From: Podarcis bocagei
Taxonomy: Eukaryota
Direction: 5' to 3' (one strand)
Length of the DNA stretch: 64,000 nt
NCBI GenBank assembly: GCA_964188305.1
Contig: OZ076901.1
A model generated the notes under the pieces. That model did no database searches, was not told the origin of the DNA, and saw only the letters and a list, made by a program, of their open reading frames with translations. This document shows, piece after piece, positions 12,241 to 23,632 of this stretch (within the stretch, counting starts at the first letter, position 1; the number at the start of each line of letters is the position of its first letter). The translations under genes and the position numbers were made by a program.

Positions 12241-14033
12241 GACTACATACATTAGGGCTAAAACTGTGGAAACACTGAGAAGACCTATTCTGGAGAGTTA
12301 ACCCTGTTCTATTAGTTTCAGCGATACTGTGCAGATTTCTATGCAGATTTCTTTAGACAGTGTGAATGTCCTTTCTCTTTTGCTATCTTACAAATGCTCA
12401 AGAGCCAGTAAAATTAAATAATTGTGCCTATAAATATGGCAGGAGATCCAGCTCCTTGGCCTCTTTGTTTCAATTAGCTCATGGACAGGAGAAAGATAAT
12501 AAATACAATTTCCTAATTCCGCTTTAAAACTACAGACCCATGTGAAAGCTCTTACTTTACTGATTGCTCATAAATGACTACTAGAGAAATTTTGGAATAA
12601 TCCTATGAAAGAGTGTCAAAAAATCAGTTTTGCCTGCATTAATATGGATCAATACTAGTCTGGCGCCAAACACTCATCGCTAAGCTATTTTGGATTCAAG
12701 CAACATGACTACTACAACTCTTACCATTCAGTTTCAGCATCTCAGAGACCCTGCTAGATAGTCCCTGATTACAATAGCATTTCCCAGCTCAATTTGACCT
12801 GCTTGTTTTAAAATAATACTGAATTTCAAGATGGAAAAACAAGGTTGCAGAAGACTAATTGAGGGCTATCTCAAAGTATTCAAAATATCTGGTAAGATAT
12901 GCAATGGCATTTCTGAAGGAAAAGACATAACATTAAGATCTCTGTCTAATATGAGGCTCCAGCCGAGTATGTACATCTGACCTTGGTTCATCCTGCTGTT
13001 CACATGGGTACTGGGAGATAACGAATGTAAGAGAGCAATAAGCTGCAGATCTGTTTGTTCTCTCTGCTTTTTTCCAAGTACTTTCTTGTGCATTTTTCAC
13101 AGTGGCAGAAAATGACACTGAAAATATGAGTGAACTAGCTTAAAGCACATTCTCACTGTGCTACATCATTCACACACAAACACACACACATATATACCAA
13201 TATACTTACAACACAAATAAATAGGAGTGCAAAGACATGACTCTTTAACATATATTATCAATAAATATAATTATGTTAAACAAGTTAAAATAGCCTGAGA
13301 AGATATATTTAAACTAAGCAATATAGTAAAACAACAATTGCCTTAACTAATTATTATAAAGTGCCTCTAGAATGAGGAAATTATTAAAACCCAAGAATGC
13401 TACATTAACATAAAATATGCAGCAGCTATTCTCTTAGACAAGATAATATTTGCTGTTGAAAAGGAACAAATGCAAAAAAGAAGAAAACTTCCTGTGCAAT
13501 CACCTAGAATATGAGCTCATCATTCTGAGTGCCTTTCTAGAATTAATGACCAATTTGGACCTCAGATTTTGAGACCTCAAGTTCCTTTGAGTTCTGTTTG
13601 TTTTGGAAAACCCTCCACCTTTAAATGCTCTCCAAATGAATTTTAAACAGTCCTAAGGGTGGGAGAAGCTGCTGCTGCTGTTTGCTACAACACAGTGTAG
13701 ACATTCCAGTGCAAAACAAAGAACATTCTGCAACTGGAACAGCTCCCTGAGAATGTTAAGTTTTTCTGTTTATCAAGAGACCATGTTTTCTACTTTTAAA
13801 GAGTTTGGGCAAATAAATCAGGAGAAATTGACCAGAAAAAATATTTAAACCTATGAAAGAGGTATAATAAAAACAATGACGGGACTATTTACATGTGAAA
13901 CAAAAATGACCAGATAAGGAGAGTGTTTTGTTAATAACGAAGGAAAAGTATCCAAAGTCCTTTTGGAGTGAAAGGCACTGCTCTTCCCCAGCTGGCCACT
14001 ACTCGGCATTTGCACACACTTTCCACCAAGTTC

Positions 14034-14104
14034 TCACTCCCTTAATTCTTCTTCCTTTGGAAAATGTTCTTGTTTGCAAGCCACATCCACTAGCAGATGT
14101 AGAT
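14034..14104 (-). CDS. HSF5: HSF5 exon 6 (last coding exon)
   Basis: DLHLLVDVACKQEHFPKEEELRE-TGA; TTCCTCCTAG acceptor; 71 nt closes the frame. Confidence 0.93.
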
Positions 14105-15619
14105 CTAGGAGGAATGGAAAGGGCAATTCAATATCTGCTTTGGAGGGCACTGGAAATGCATGCTACATCTTAAGAGGTAGAAATGCGTGCTCAGGCCTTC
14201 CCTTGCCAGTTACTTTCCACATGAAACTCACCCACCAATACCTGCCTTTATCCTTGGGAGGTTCAAGCCCCATGTCAGTAAATTAAAAATGGTTCCAGAG
14301 CACTGGCAGCAGTAACAGAAGTCTACACTCTAACCAGCTGAGCTATCCAGCCAGCCCACTCAGTAGTAACTTAGAGCAGGGCTTTCAGGGTGGCTGCCCC
14401 TGTTCTGTGGAACAGCACACAAGAGGTACGTGGAGTCTGTACATTCTAGAAGCACTTCAATATATTTTTGTTTCTGAATCAAAAGGTCTCAGTCTTAGGT
14501 GTCCAGTTTGTATTATTTTAAAATCTATATTTTGTTGTTTTGTGTGGTTTAAATTTGTTTAGCAGTATTTATGGCATATTTGTTAACTGCCTTGAAACAC
14601 TTGAAAAGGTGATTCATAAATTAAACAACAACTTCTGTAGGAGCAGAGTCCCAGAGAATGATGGAGCTCTTCCTTTTTGCCAAACCCTTGTCTAGTGCAG
14701 TGCATGCCTTTCAGGGTTTGCTCTGCAAAGGATCAGGATTTCATGACACAAGAGTGTAATGTAACACATAGTTCTCCCCTACTCATCTACAATGTGATTC
14801 ATGTTAAAAATGTATTACTGACAGGGCAAACAGAGATTTAACTCTGTCCCTTAATCATTGTCCAGTGATCAGCAGCAGGTCAGCAGATCCTACACTCCCT
14901 CCCCTACCTGCTTGCCTCCCATGTTTAATGTCTTCCTCAGTCACTCTGATCACTGTTAAAGGTTACACTGGAACCAAGGTTAATCACGATGCATTCTCTA
15001 ACCAGGATAATTAACCAGCTTCACACCTTGATTATGAATAAACTCGTTAGCACTAACCATCTTTAACACTGAGCCCTTGCTGGGGTGTGATACATGCCCA
15101 CCCCATTCCTAGGGATATATGCTCTTTCTTCCACCACCATCCCACTCCATCCCCTATGTACCCGCCCCAAAATGGTAAATTCTGTCCTTGGAGGAGAATC
15201 ACTACAGCCATCATTGTGAAATTAGGCAGGCTCCATTCCCTCAGAAGGGGTGACCATACCTGCAAATTGCATTCAACTATGACAGAAAATGAAAATGTAG
15301 ACTTTCCCCTTTGTTTTAAAGGTGCTCTGCACAAAACCCCTGGATGATCTGCTATGCCTGCAAATTTTATTCAGTTCAATGAAAACGGGGGGAAAGGTAT
15401 AGCCATTTTTAGAGGTGACATTATAGTCAATGTGGAGAACACAACACCCTCAGTTTTAACAAATCTAATTCAGTCCTGAGAGACACAGAGCAACAGTCAA
15501 ATCTTATGGCTGGTACACATTCCTAGTATAAAAACTGCTTTGAGTTTATGGGTACCAGATCCCATTAATCCCTATATCCAGCAAATGTTAAAATCTAATC
15601 AAGGCAACCTAGCTTCCTG

Positions 15620-16026
15620 TGAGGTGATGGCCTGGGTGATGAGCTATTAAAGAGGCTTAGGGGCTCCATGGGAGACACAAATGGTTGGGGGGGCCCTCCC
15701 TCAACAGATAAAACCAGAATTTAGAGTTTAGGAGGGGTGTGACCTAGAAGAAAATCAGCAAGCTAGAAAGAGAGCCAAAAGCAATGTTTGGTGTCTGTTT
15801 GAATCCAAGCCTGTGGCTATGGGAGAAACAAAAACCTCTTGGGGTGCTAATACTGTTAACCCTTCCATTGTAGGCTCTGGTTGTATATATGTGTAAATAA
15901 ACCATATATCATAAAGACACTTCAGTCTCTGCTGTGCCTCATTCCCAAAAGAAAGCACAACCCCTGGGTAAGCACCTGGAAGCCCAGGAATTTCACACAG
16001 CTCAGAGATTGAGGTGGCGCACAACA
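15620..16026 (+). mobile_element. LTR-like remnant in HSF5 intron 5
   Basis: TGTAAATAAACC polyA-like signal followed by a U5-like stretch ending CAACA; family not established. Confidence 0.4.
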
Positions 16027-16068
16027 ATACATTTGTTTCAACAAATCCTTAAAGCCTGCCATTCTTAC

Positions 16069-16246
16069 CAGGGGATTTGCCCTTCTGTGAACTGCTCCTT
16101 CTTTCTCTGCATTTGGTTTGGATGGAGGAAACTGAATCTTTGGCACATTTGCTGAGAGGACCCACCTCCGAAAGGAGGAATCCTATCTGCTCTGAAGACA
16201 CAACTGTCTCTGATGGATTTGTCTGACACTTGATACTGGGATCCTC
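16069..16246 (-). CDS. HSF5: HSF5 exon 5
   Basis: EDPSIKCQT...SEQIGFLLSEVGP...QKGKSP; 178 nt; G|GTAAG donor. Confidence 0.9.
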
Positions 16247-16755
16247 CTTTAAAAAATGCACAAAAAATCCCCCATGAAGTGTTCACATAAATGTCCTTTT
16301 AACAGTCCCTTGAAGATGTTACTTTACACCATATTATTTATTTGAAACATTTATATCCTGCCCTTACTTTAAGGAGACCAAGAGTACATCTTATATGTAC
16401 TCAGAATTTTGTGAGCGAGATTGGACTGAGAGAAAAGGATTGTCTCAAGGTCAACCAGTGAGAGCTTTCTGGCTGAGTGGGGACTTGAATTTAAGTCTCC
16501 CCAGTTTTAGCCCACTAACCACTGTACCACACTAGCTTTCTGCATTACGTCTCTCAGCAAAACTTATACAGTGATCTAAACAGTCTATGTGACATGCAAT
16601 ATGGAATATTTATGTTTATAACTTTGGAAAATGAACAATGCTGTAAATAGAAGTTATATTGGTAGTAATATAAATATTGGTTTGTCACATAAAAATATTC
16701 AGGCTAGGTTATCAATGCAGAATGTCGTACCCCTTTTCACTGCATTACACCATAC

Positions 16756-17286
16756 CTGCGGCTGACTGAAGGGAAGTTCCTCCTGTACAAACACCATGGA
16801 AGACTGTGTTGAAGATTGGTTCAGCTGTTCTTTCAGCTTTGCTGGTGTAGGCTGCGTGGCTGCAGGCTGCTGCACTATTTGCGCTGTGGTATTCTCCACT
16901 GGTTCAGTGGTGTGGATAGTGTAAATAAACTCAGGAGACTGAGGCAAGGAGCATGCTATAGCTTGCTCTGATTCCACCACAAAGGATGTAATATCTGAGC
17001 CCACAGGTGTCAGAGGTTCTAGGTGGCTAGCCTGGCCTGAAGAAGGTGCATCATTGTTCCCCGGATTAACTAGTAACTGCTGGCCTCGGTTTGGCTGTGA
17101 AGTTGGACACTGGCTCTCCACTGGTTCCACCTTCACCATTTCCAACTTGGGGGATGAATGCATCTCATCTACAATCTGGAAGACAGCCTCCAAGTTTACT
17201 TCTGTCTTCTTGTTTTCATCAGAGGTGTTGCAGGACCAGTTAGAAGGTAGAAATTCAACAGGGTATGAAGATTGCATTGGTGGGTT
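16756..17286 (-). CDS. HSF5: HSF5 exon 4
   Basis: NPPMQSSYPVEFLPSNW...EVNLEAVFQIVDEMHSSPKLEMVKVEP...QEELPFSQPQ; 531 nt; CAG|GTATG donor. Confidence 0.93.
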
Positions 17287-17822
17287 CTGGCAAGGTAAAG
17301 GCAACAAATATATTTATTCCATTTATCTATTTGTTTTTGGCATATATGTTATGCTCTTTCAACAATGTCAACTGGGCCCTCCACAAACAATGTTAACCAT
17401 GTTAACATTATCATTCTGGTTTGGCTTAATAAGTCAAACACTTCCATATGTCCAACCAAATGAACAATACGCCTTGTCTAATGAGGTGTAATTTATAAGT
17501 ATGGAGCAGACAAGGGGCATGAAGCATTATTAACGCCTTTTGGGTTAGGAACATATGAACATGGAAAGCTTCTTATACTATGTCAGATACCCTGGTGTAT
17601 CGAGATGATGATGATGATGATTTACAAAGATTTAGCTGGAGAAGCTGGGGATTGAACCTGATAACTTTTCAATGAGGTGTTCTACCACTGAGCTGCTGCA
17701 TTTTTGATGTTCATTAAAAACAAAAATGTTTTATTTCAATACCATGAACACATCAGATGGAAAGGATTGTGGCCTGCACTGTGAGAGAAGAGAGGTAAAC
17801 AGTCAAGCCAAGCCAAGTCCAC

Positions 17823-17825
<3 letters not shown>

Positions 17826-17867
<42 letters not shown>
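17826..17867. repeat. (GT)n microsatellite
   Basis: About 21 GT units. Confidence 0.97.
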
Positions 17868-17870
<3 letters not shown>

Positions 17871-18649
17871 GGCTGCCTCCACTAAACAGCCCTTTAGCCT
17901 TCTGGAATTTAACTGACCCATCCTACTCCCTATACTGGGTAAAGTGGTATGGCAATGAGACATGGGGTGAATAACAAGCCCTCAGACAAAATGTTTCTAA
18001 AACAAAAGACAGTTTTAGTTAAGGTTTTTGTAAGGCAAAACGATTTTAGAAGAAAATGATTTTAAAAGGAAAAGTAATTTTACTTCTCTTTGAAACTTAA
18101 ATAGTTATTTGTGAGTACTTGTTTATATCAGTCATTTGGCTCCAAAACAATGTAAAGAGTTCACACACTATTCTTTCATTTATGAATTATTTAAGCAGAG
18201 ACTGGATGGACGTCTGACAAGGATGCTGTAGTTGTCTCTTCCATTGCAGATCTCACATTGACTTGATTACCTACAATGTCCCTTCCAGCTCTCTTATTAT
18301 ATGAAGTGTTTTCTTTCCATTTATTTTTCAATTTTGCAAAACAACACTTCTTATGCATTGATATGTAGCTGAAGTAGCGAACCAGAATGAAAGTCTTTTG
18401 ATACACGGGCTATGATCCAAAGACATGTTCAATTTGTTCTGTGTGACCAAGGAAGCTTTGGTCTTGTGTTTCTCAATCTGCAGCTCCTCTCTGGCATATA
18501 GCAAGCCACTTTTGAAACAGAGGAGAACTTCAAAAACAGTTTGCGATGCGCACATCAAAAGAGTCTGCTCTTCAAAGTCAAATATTGCATTAGGTATGCC
18601 TAAAGTGGCTCATTAGATCATGGCCAATATACTTGCTTATTTGACTCAC

Positions 18650-18747
18650 CTGAAAATAACTGCAGTGTGTATAGGTTGAGGCAGTAGGACTAGCACAGCC
18701 ACTTAAGGGATCCATGTGGGTAGGTGGAGAGCAACACTGTAATACAG
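18650..18747 (-). CDS. HSF5: HSF5 exon 3
   Basis: AVLQCCSPPTHMDPLSGCASPTASTYTHCSYFQ; TTTCCAG acceptor, CAG|GTGAGT donor; 98 nt, phase 1 to 0. Confidence 0.92.
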
Positions 18748-21344
18748 CTGGAAAGGGGAAGAAAAGGTAAAATAATAATAATAAACTTTCCCAACCATTA
18801 AGAAACCTCTCTGGATTGTATTTTTAAATACATACTATAGTTCTACTAGCTCCAAACTAGCACAAAAATGCAATATTCTATCTGCACATAATGGAGAAGG
18901 AACAGCCTGGTTTCAGAGAGGTATTAAAGAGGAGGAATGCACAGCTTGGCAAAGACGTACATAGAAAGCAAAAACACAGGGTTTCAAAAATAGCAGGGTA
19001 CTCTTGCCAAAAGAGAGAATAGTTTTGCTGATGTTTGCTACTATTTCCGTTTTTAAAATCCCATGCTCTACTGAAAAGTATATGGTCCTGCTCAACAATG
19101 TCTAGATTTTGACGTATGAATAAATGTCTATCTTATTTTGTGTCCAGTTTTCTTTCTTAATTTAGAAGACATTCACACCATACATGAATATAAATGATAA
19201 AACTTATTTAGAACATCAGCCAGTGGGATGAGTGAATATGGATTTGTACTGCTTTTCACAGTGATCTTAAAAAGATACTTTACAAGGTATATAACAATCA
19301 TGCAACCGTATTCCACTTTTTTGTAAACCACTTTGATGTTTCTTTGGTTTTACATCACTTTTGTTAAATAAATAAATTCCACGCTGTGCTCATGTATTAT
19401 TTTTTTAGTTGCTTTTTCACTAGTGTCCTCAAGGTGGCTAACAGCACTTATAAAATACAACAGAGCTCTTCCACATTTGCTTGCACAAAGCTTACATGGA
19501 GGCTAGACTCTATCAAGTCTTTATTGGTCATGAGTTCTGATTTTGCAGAGAAGCTATTCAACATTGAAAATTCATTTTGATCTGCTTGTGAGGTGTTGCC
19601 TGTTAATCCCGTGTTCATCCCACACATTTTCCCATCACTTTTCCAATTGCAAAAAATCAGTTTTTTTTTTTTTTTTAAAGTGGATTTCTCTCACTGGGGC
19701 AAGAGAGCCCTTTAATCCACTTTACTTGTGCAAACCTAAATTTTCTGGTATGTGCTCGAATCCCTTCAGAAAACTAACAGTTTGGAGGTGACCCAAGAAC
19801 CACACCAGCCTCACTGGAGCAGGAGCAGGCATCAGAGGTCCCTTCCCACAGGGCAGTTGCTGTAATTTGGCAACCAGCTTATGTTCACAAGTGTGGTACC
19901 AGCTCAAGGGGCAATTACATTTTCCTACTATTGTAACTAGGACCGGAAAAATCCTCAAGATCCTTACTCTCCCAACAAATGAGTGGCAATTGCAAACTTA
20001 TTGTGTTGTAAACAAAAGCTCTAAAATGTAAAGAACTGCTTGTCTCATCCAAACTAAAATGAAATCAGTTCACTGCTGGCATTGCAGGCTGTAATGCATT
20101 CTAAATAAGAGGCAAGTAATGAATCTAGGCTAGAGGTGCCTGCTGCAGGTAAAACCTCATGTAGATAGCCCAAGCACCATGCTTTGAATATTGGCAAAAA
20201 AGACCCCATGGGGGTTACCTCTCTATATGACCCAGAAAAACACCTTCCAAGCCCAATAATGGTGATTAACCAGACTCAGGGCTGGTTTGCACAACATTTC
20301 TACAATAAATTGCGTCCCATAGGTCAGATCTATCTGTCCCAACCTGGCTCCAGTAGTGGTACCTAAAACCCAATCTTAGCAAGGAAGCCACAAGAAGAGA
20401 CGGCTGCGTACCTGCTGCTCTTCTTGGGACTCCTCCAAACAAGCCTGCTGCAGAGGGATGTGTAAGCCAGATTGTTCTGCATGTATGCTTCCAATTAGCA
20501 GATGAATCTCTTCTAAGTGAAGCATCCTTTTTTTGTTCCCACAAGAGCTGATCTGTGCATAGAAACTTTCCCCCCATTATTGAATGAATGAATTAAACAA
20601 TGGGGGACAAAGGTGGGAAGTATTGCAACATAATTTTCAGGTGAACAAAGGAAGAGCCATAAGCCAAGCCTGTTCCTTAGTGGGAATACACTTTGTTTAG
20701 AGTATCTAATTTTTTCTGTCCTTCTGTTGTGATGTTTTTGTTAAGTTCATACTTTTGTCTCTCTGCCCATATGTAACATATTATATTGTATATGCACAAC
20801 ATTATTCACATAATGTCCACTGTATTTCAGAGGTCACTTCACTTTATATATTCCTTCTTCTGAATCTGGTTGTGCGCCATTGTGGTAAGATCTGAATACA
20901 TCCAGGAACACTGATCAGTTGAAGTTTGTCTCCCTGCTGGGAAAGCAGCACCAATACAGCGTTCCCAACCCATACACCAGAAAACAATTGCAGCAGATAT
21001 GAAAAATGGTGATAGATTCCTCTGCCCACTATAAGCAATTAAACCACAACTTTTGAAAAGATGAAAAAGGAGCACTATGAACCATTTTTCAAATAGCCAT
21101 AAGAAAAGCCTCCAGGAAAATAAGAAGATTGGTAGCGATGTTGTGTGGATGGACTGCAAAAAAATAGAAAATGAGGAACGGTGATTCCACCCTAAATGCC
21201 CTACAACAGTGTCACAAGTTTCCTTCCAAAATATATAACGAGGACAGTGGATGGGACTATGAGATGAAAAATAATCCACAATGGCCTGTGCCTTTTAACT
21301 AATGCCAGTCCAATACTAAAAAACCGTTCACTACAGAGAAAGCC

Positions 21345-21645
21345 TACTCTGTCACAAGAGACCAGGGCCTTGCGGGATTTGACATCTTTCCGCAGGGCCT
21401 GCAAGACAGAGCTGTTCCACCAGGCCTTTGGCCAGGGCACAGCCTGACTCCCTCCCTCGGCAATCTTCGCAGAGCTCTGGCCCAATGGTTGCCAGTGGCT
21501 TGAATTAATTAATTTTTATAATGAATGATTTTAGAATGTTGTTTATGTTGTACTTTTGTACTGTTTTATTATTGTTAGCCGCCCTGAGCCCGGCTTCGGC
21601 TGGGGAGGGCGGGATATAAATAAAATTTATTATTATTATTATTAA
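21345..21645 (+). mobile_element. Young L2-type LINE 3' end
   Basis: ORF-end FRRACKTELFHQAF-like sequence, T-rich UTR, GC stem-loop, (TTA)n tail, CpGs intact. Confidence 0.7.
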
Positions 21646-22225
21646 CGCTCCTGTAATCAGTGTTCAATTGCAATGATATAAGTCTTGTATAAAGGGCCAA
21701 GCACTGTTCAAACGGGATGTATCTTTTGAAAAAAATTCAAGAAAAGAAATGCCTTCTTTTTGGATTTACTTTATTTGCATTTTCTTCTTCCCACTATATA
21801 TAATATATATTCATCCTGGACAGACATTAGGCTTGTGGAATTTACTTTGATGAGAAATCCACCAAATCCTGCAACTAGATAAAGGTACAAAATTGTGTCT
21901 GTGAAGGAAGCCAGATTCAAAGTAGTGGTCCATGGGGCAAAGTAAATGGTCTACCCTATAATCCATGAGCCCTACACTTGAATACCCTACGTAAGTATCA
22001 TTCTATATCTGAATTACTACAGATCAGAGCTTCTAACAGGCTTTTTTTTTTTTTTTTAGGTGAGGAGGGCGGCAGTCTGCTCTTGCTATTGTTAAACAAC
22101 TGGGAGTCAGAAACTCTTCCCAATCTAGTCTGAATAATCCCGTTATCTACCATTTGCTTTCTGCCCACCCTGCATTAAAGCACACTTGTATGTTGTTGTT
22201 TTCTGAAATACCTAGATCAGGTTAC

Positions 22226-22597
22226 CTGTTGGGTAGTAAGCTTGGGAGTATGGTGCTGAAGCTGCGTAACTGGTATATTTCTGGGGTGATGCAGCAATCG
22301 TCTGCGGTCCTTGCTGAATGTGCACTGAGGTAGCGCTGGGCTGCAGAGTGTAAGTTACCTCAGTTGGAAACCTCTGGAGCACAGGAAATGGAACTCCTTT
22401 GTCAGAAAAAGTTGATGTCTCCACCTGCCCTGGGAGCATCCCAAGGGAGTTCTGCCATGTTCTTGGAGGAAGAGGAGTCCGTTCTGAACCTTTCAGTGGG
22501 AAGGTATTTTGGTTGTGAGATGATGGTGACAGGTATGAGTATGGAGATAAATTATCTCGCCGAAAAGACCGGTGAAACTGTCCTAAAGTCAGTGGTG
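22226..22597 (-). CDS. HSF5: HSF5 exon 2
   Basis: GQFHRSFRRDNLSPYSY...FPVLQRFPTEVTYTLQP...YSQAYYPT; pyrimidine tract-CAG acceptor, G|GTAAC donor; 372 nt. Confidence 0.93.
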
Positions 22598-23585
22598 CTG
22601 CATAGGGAGAGGGAAAGAAAGTATTCACTGGATTATTAACAAGCATAAGACAGTAGATACCTCAATATTAGCTATAATTAAAATATTACAGAGAGCAAGC
22701 ATTTTATTTCAGCAAGCATTTTAAGTTATTTCTGATTTAAAGGTCTTAATGATTTTTATCTCTATTGTATTTGCTGAGTTTGGGGAAAGTGTACACAAAA
22801 ATGCACATATTACTGAAAATAACATACAAAAAACATATTCTGCATCTGGGAAACTGCTTGCAAAAAAATAGTCAAAACTGCATGCAAAAATGTGCTTATT
22901 ATGAGAAATTCACATTAATAGCTGACACATTTTCTTGAGGATTATTTTAAAAAAAAATTGCTGCAGAAATGTGAACTGGATTTAAGATTGGAAAAATGAG
23001 GAACCGGAGAAACTGAAATTGACATATTTGTCCATCCATATGTACAGCCCTGATCCAGGATTTAACTGTGAGCCCAGGATCTCACTACAAAGCTTAAATT
23101 TTAGAGGGATACACAGCCTGAATTTCCAGCTCAGAATCAGAAGCTGCCATTTAGATAGCAGGCAGGACCATGATGCCAATAGCCTGACTTTACTGCCACA
23201 TCAGTGTTGCAAACTCTTTTGAATTATATGTGCAAATTGAAACTGGAGGAGTGCAGTGTGATGGAGGCTCCTTGCATAGTTTTCATTTACATATTAAGGT
23301 ATTTGTGTCCTGCACCCCAAAAAGATCCCAGGGAAGTTTACAACAAATATACACACTATTGTTATCAAATTTTAAAATAAAGAAACGAAAACGCAATAAA
23401 ATCTAAAAGCAACAGAAAAGCAAATAAAAAACTAACCAGAAATTAATATTCACAATTAAAATAACTAAGAAAGAGCTTTAACTAACGCTAAAACAGCATC
23501 AGCGTGGAAAGCCAGGAGAGCATCTTTAGTAGGCATACCTTGGAAACGGGACACCATCATCCCTTTCTCTGGTTGACACTTGCTA

Positions 23586-23631
<46 letters not shown>

Positions 23632-23632
23632 T
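23586..23632. repeat. (ATT)n microsatellite
   Basis: About 15 units; source of the spurious poly-Tyr ORF. Confidence 0.97.
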
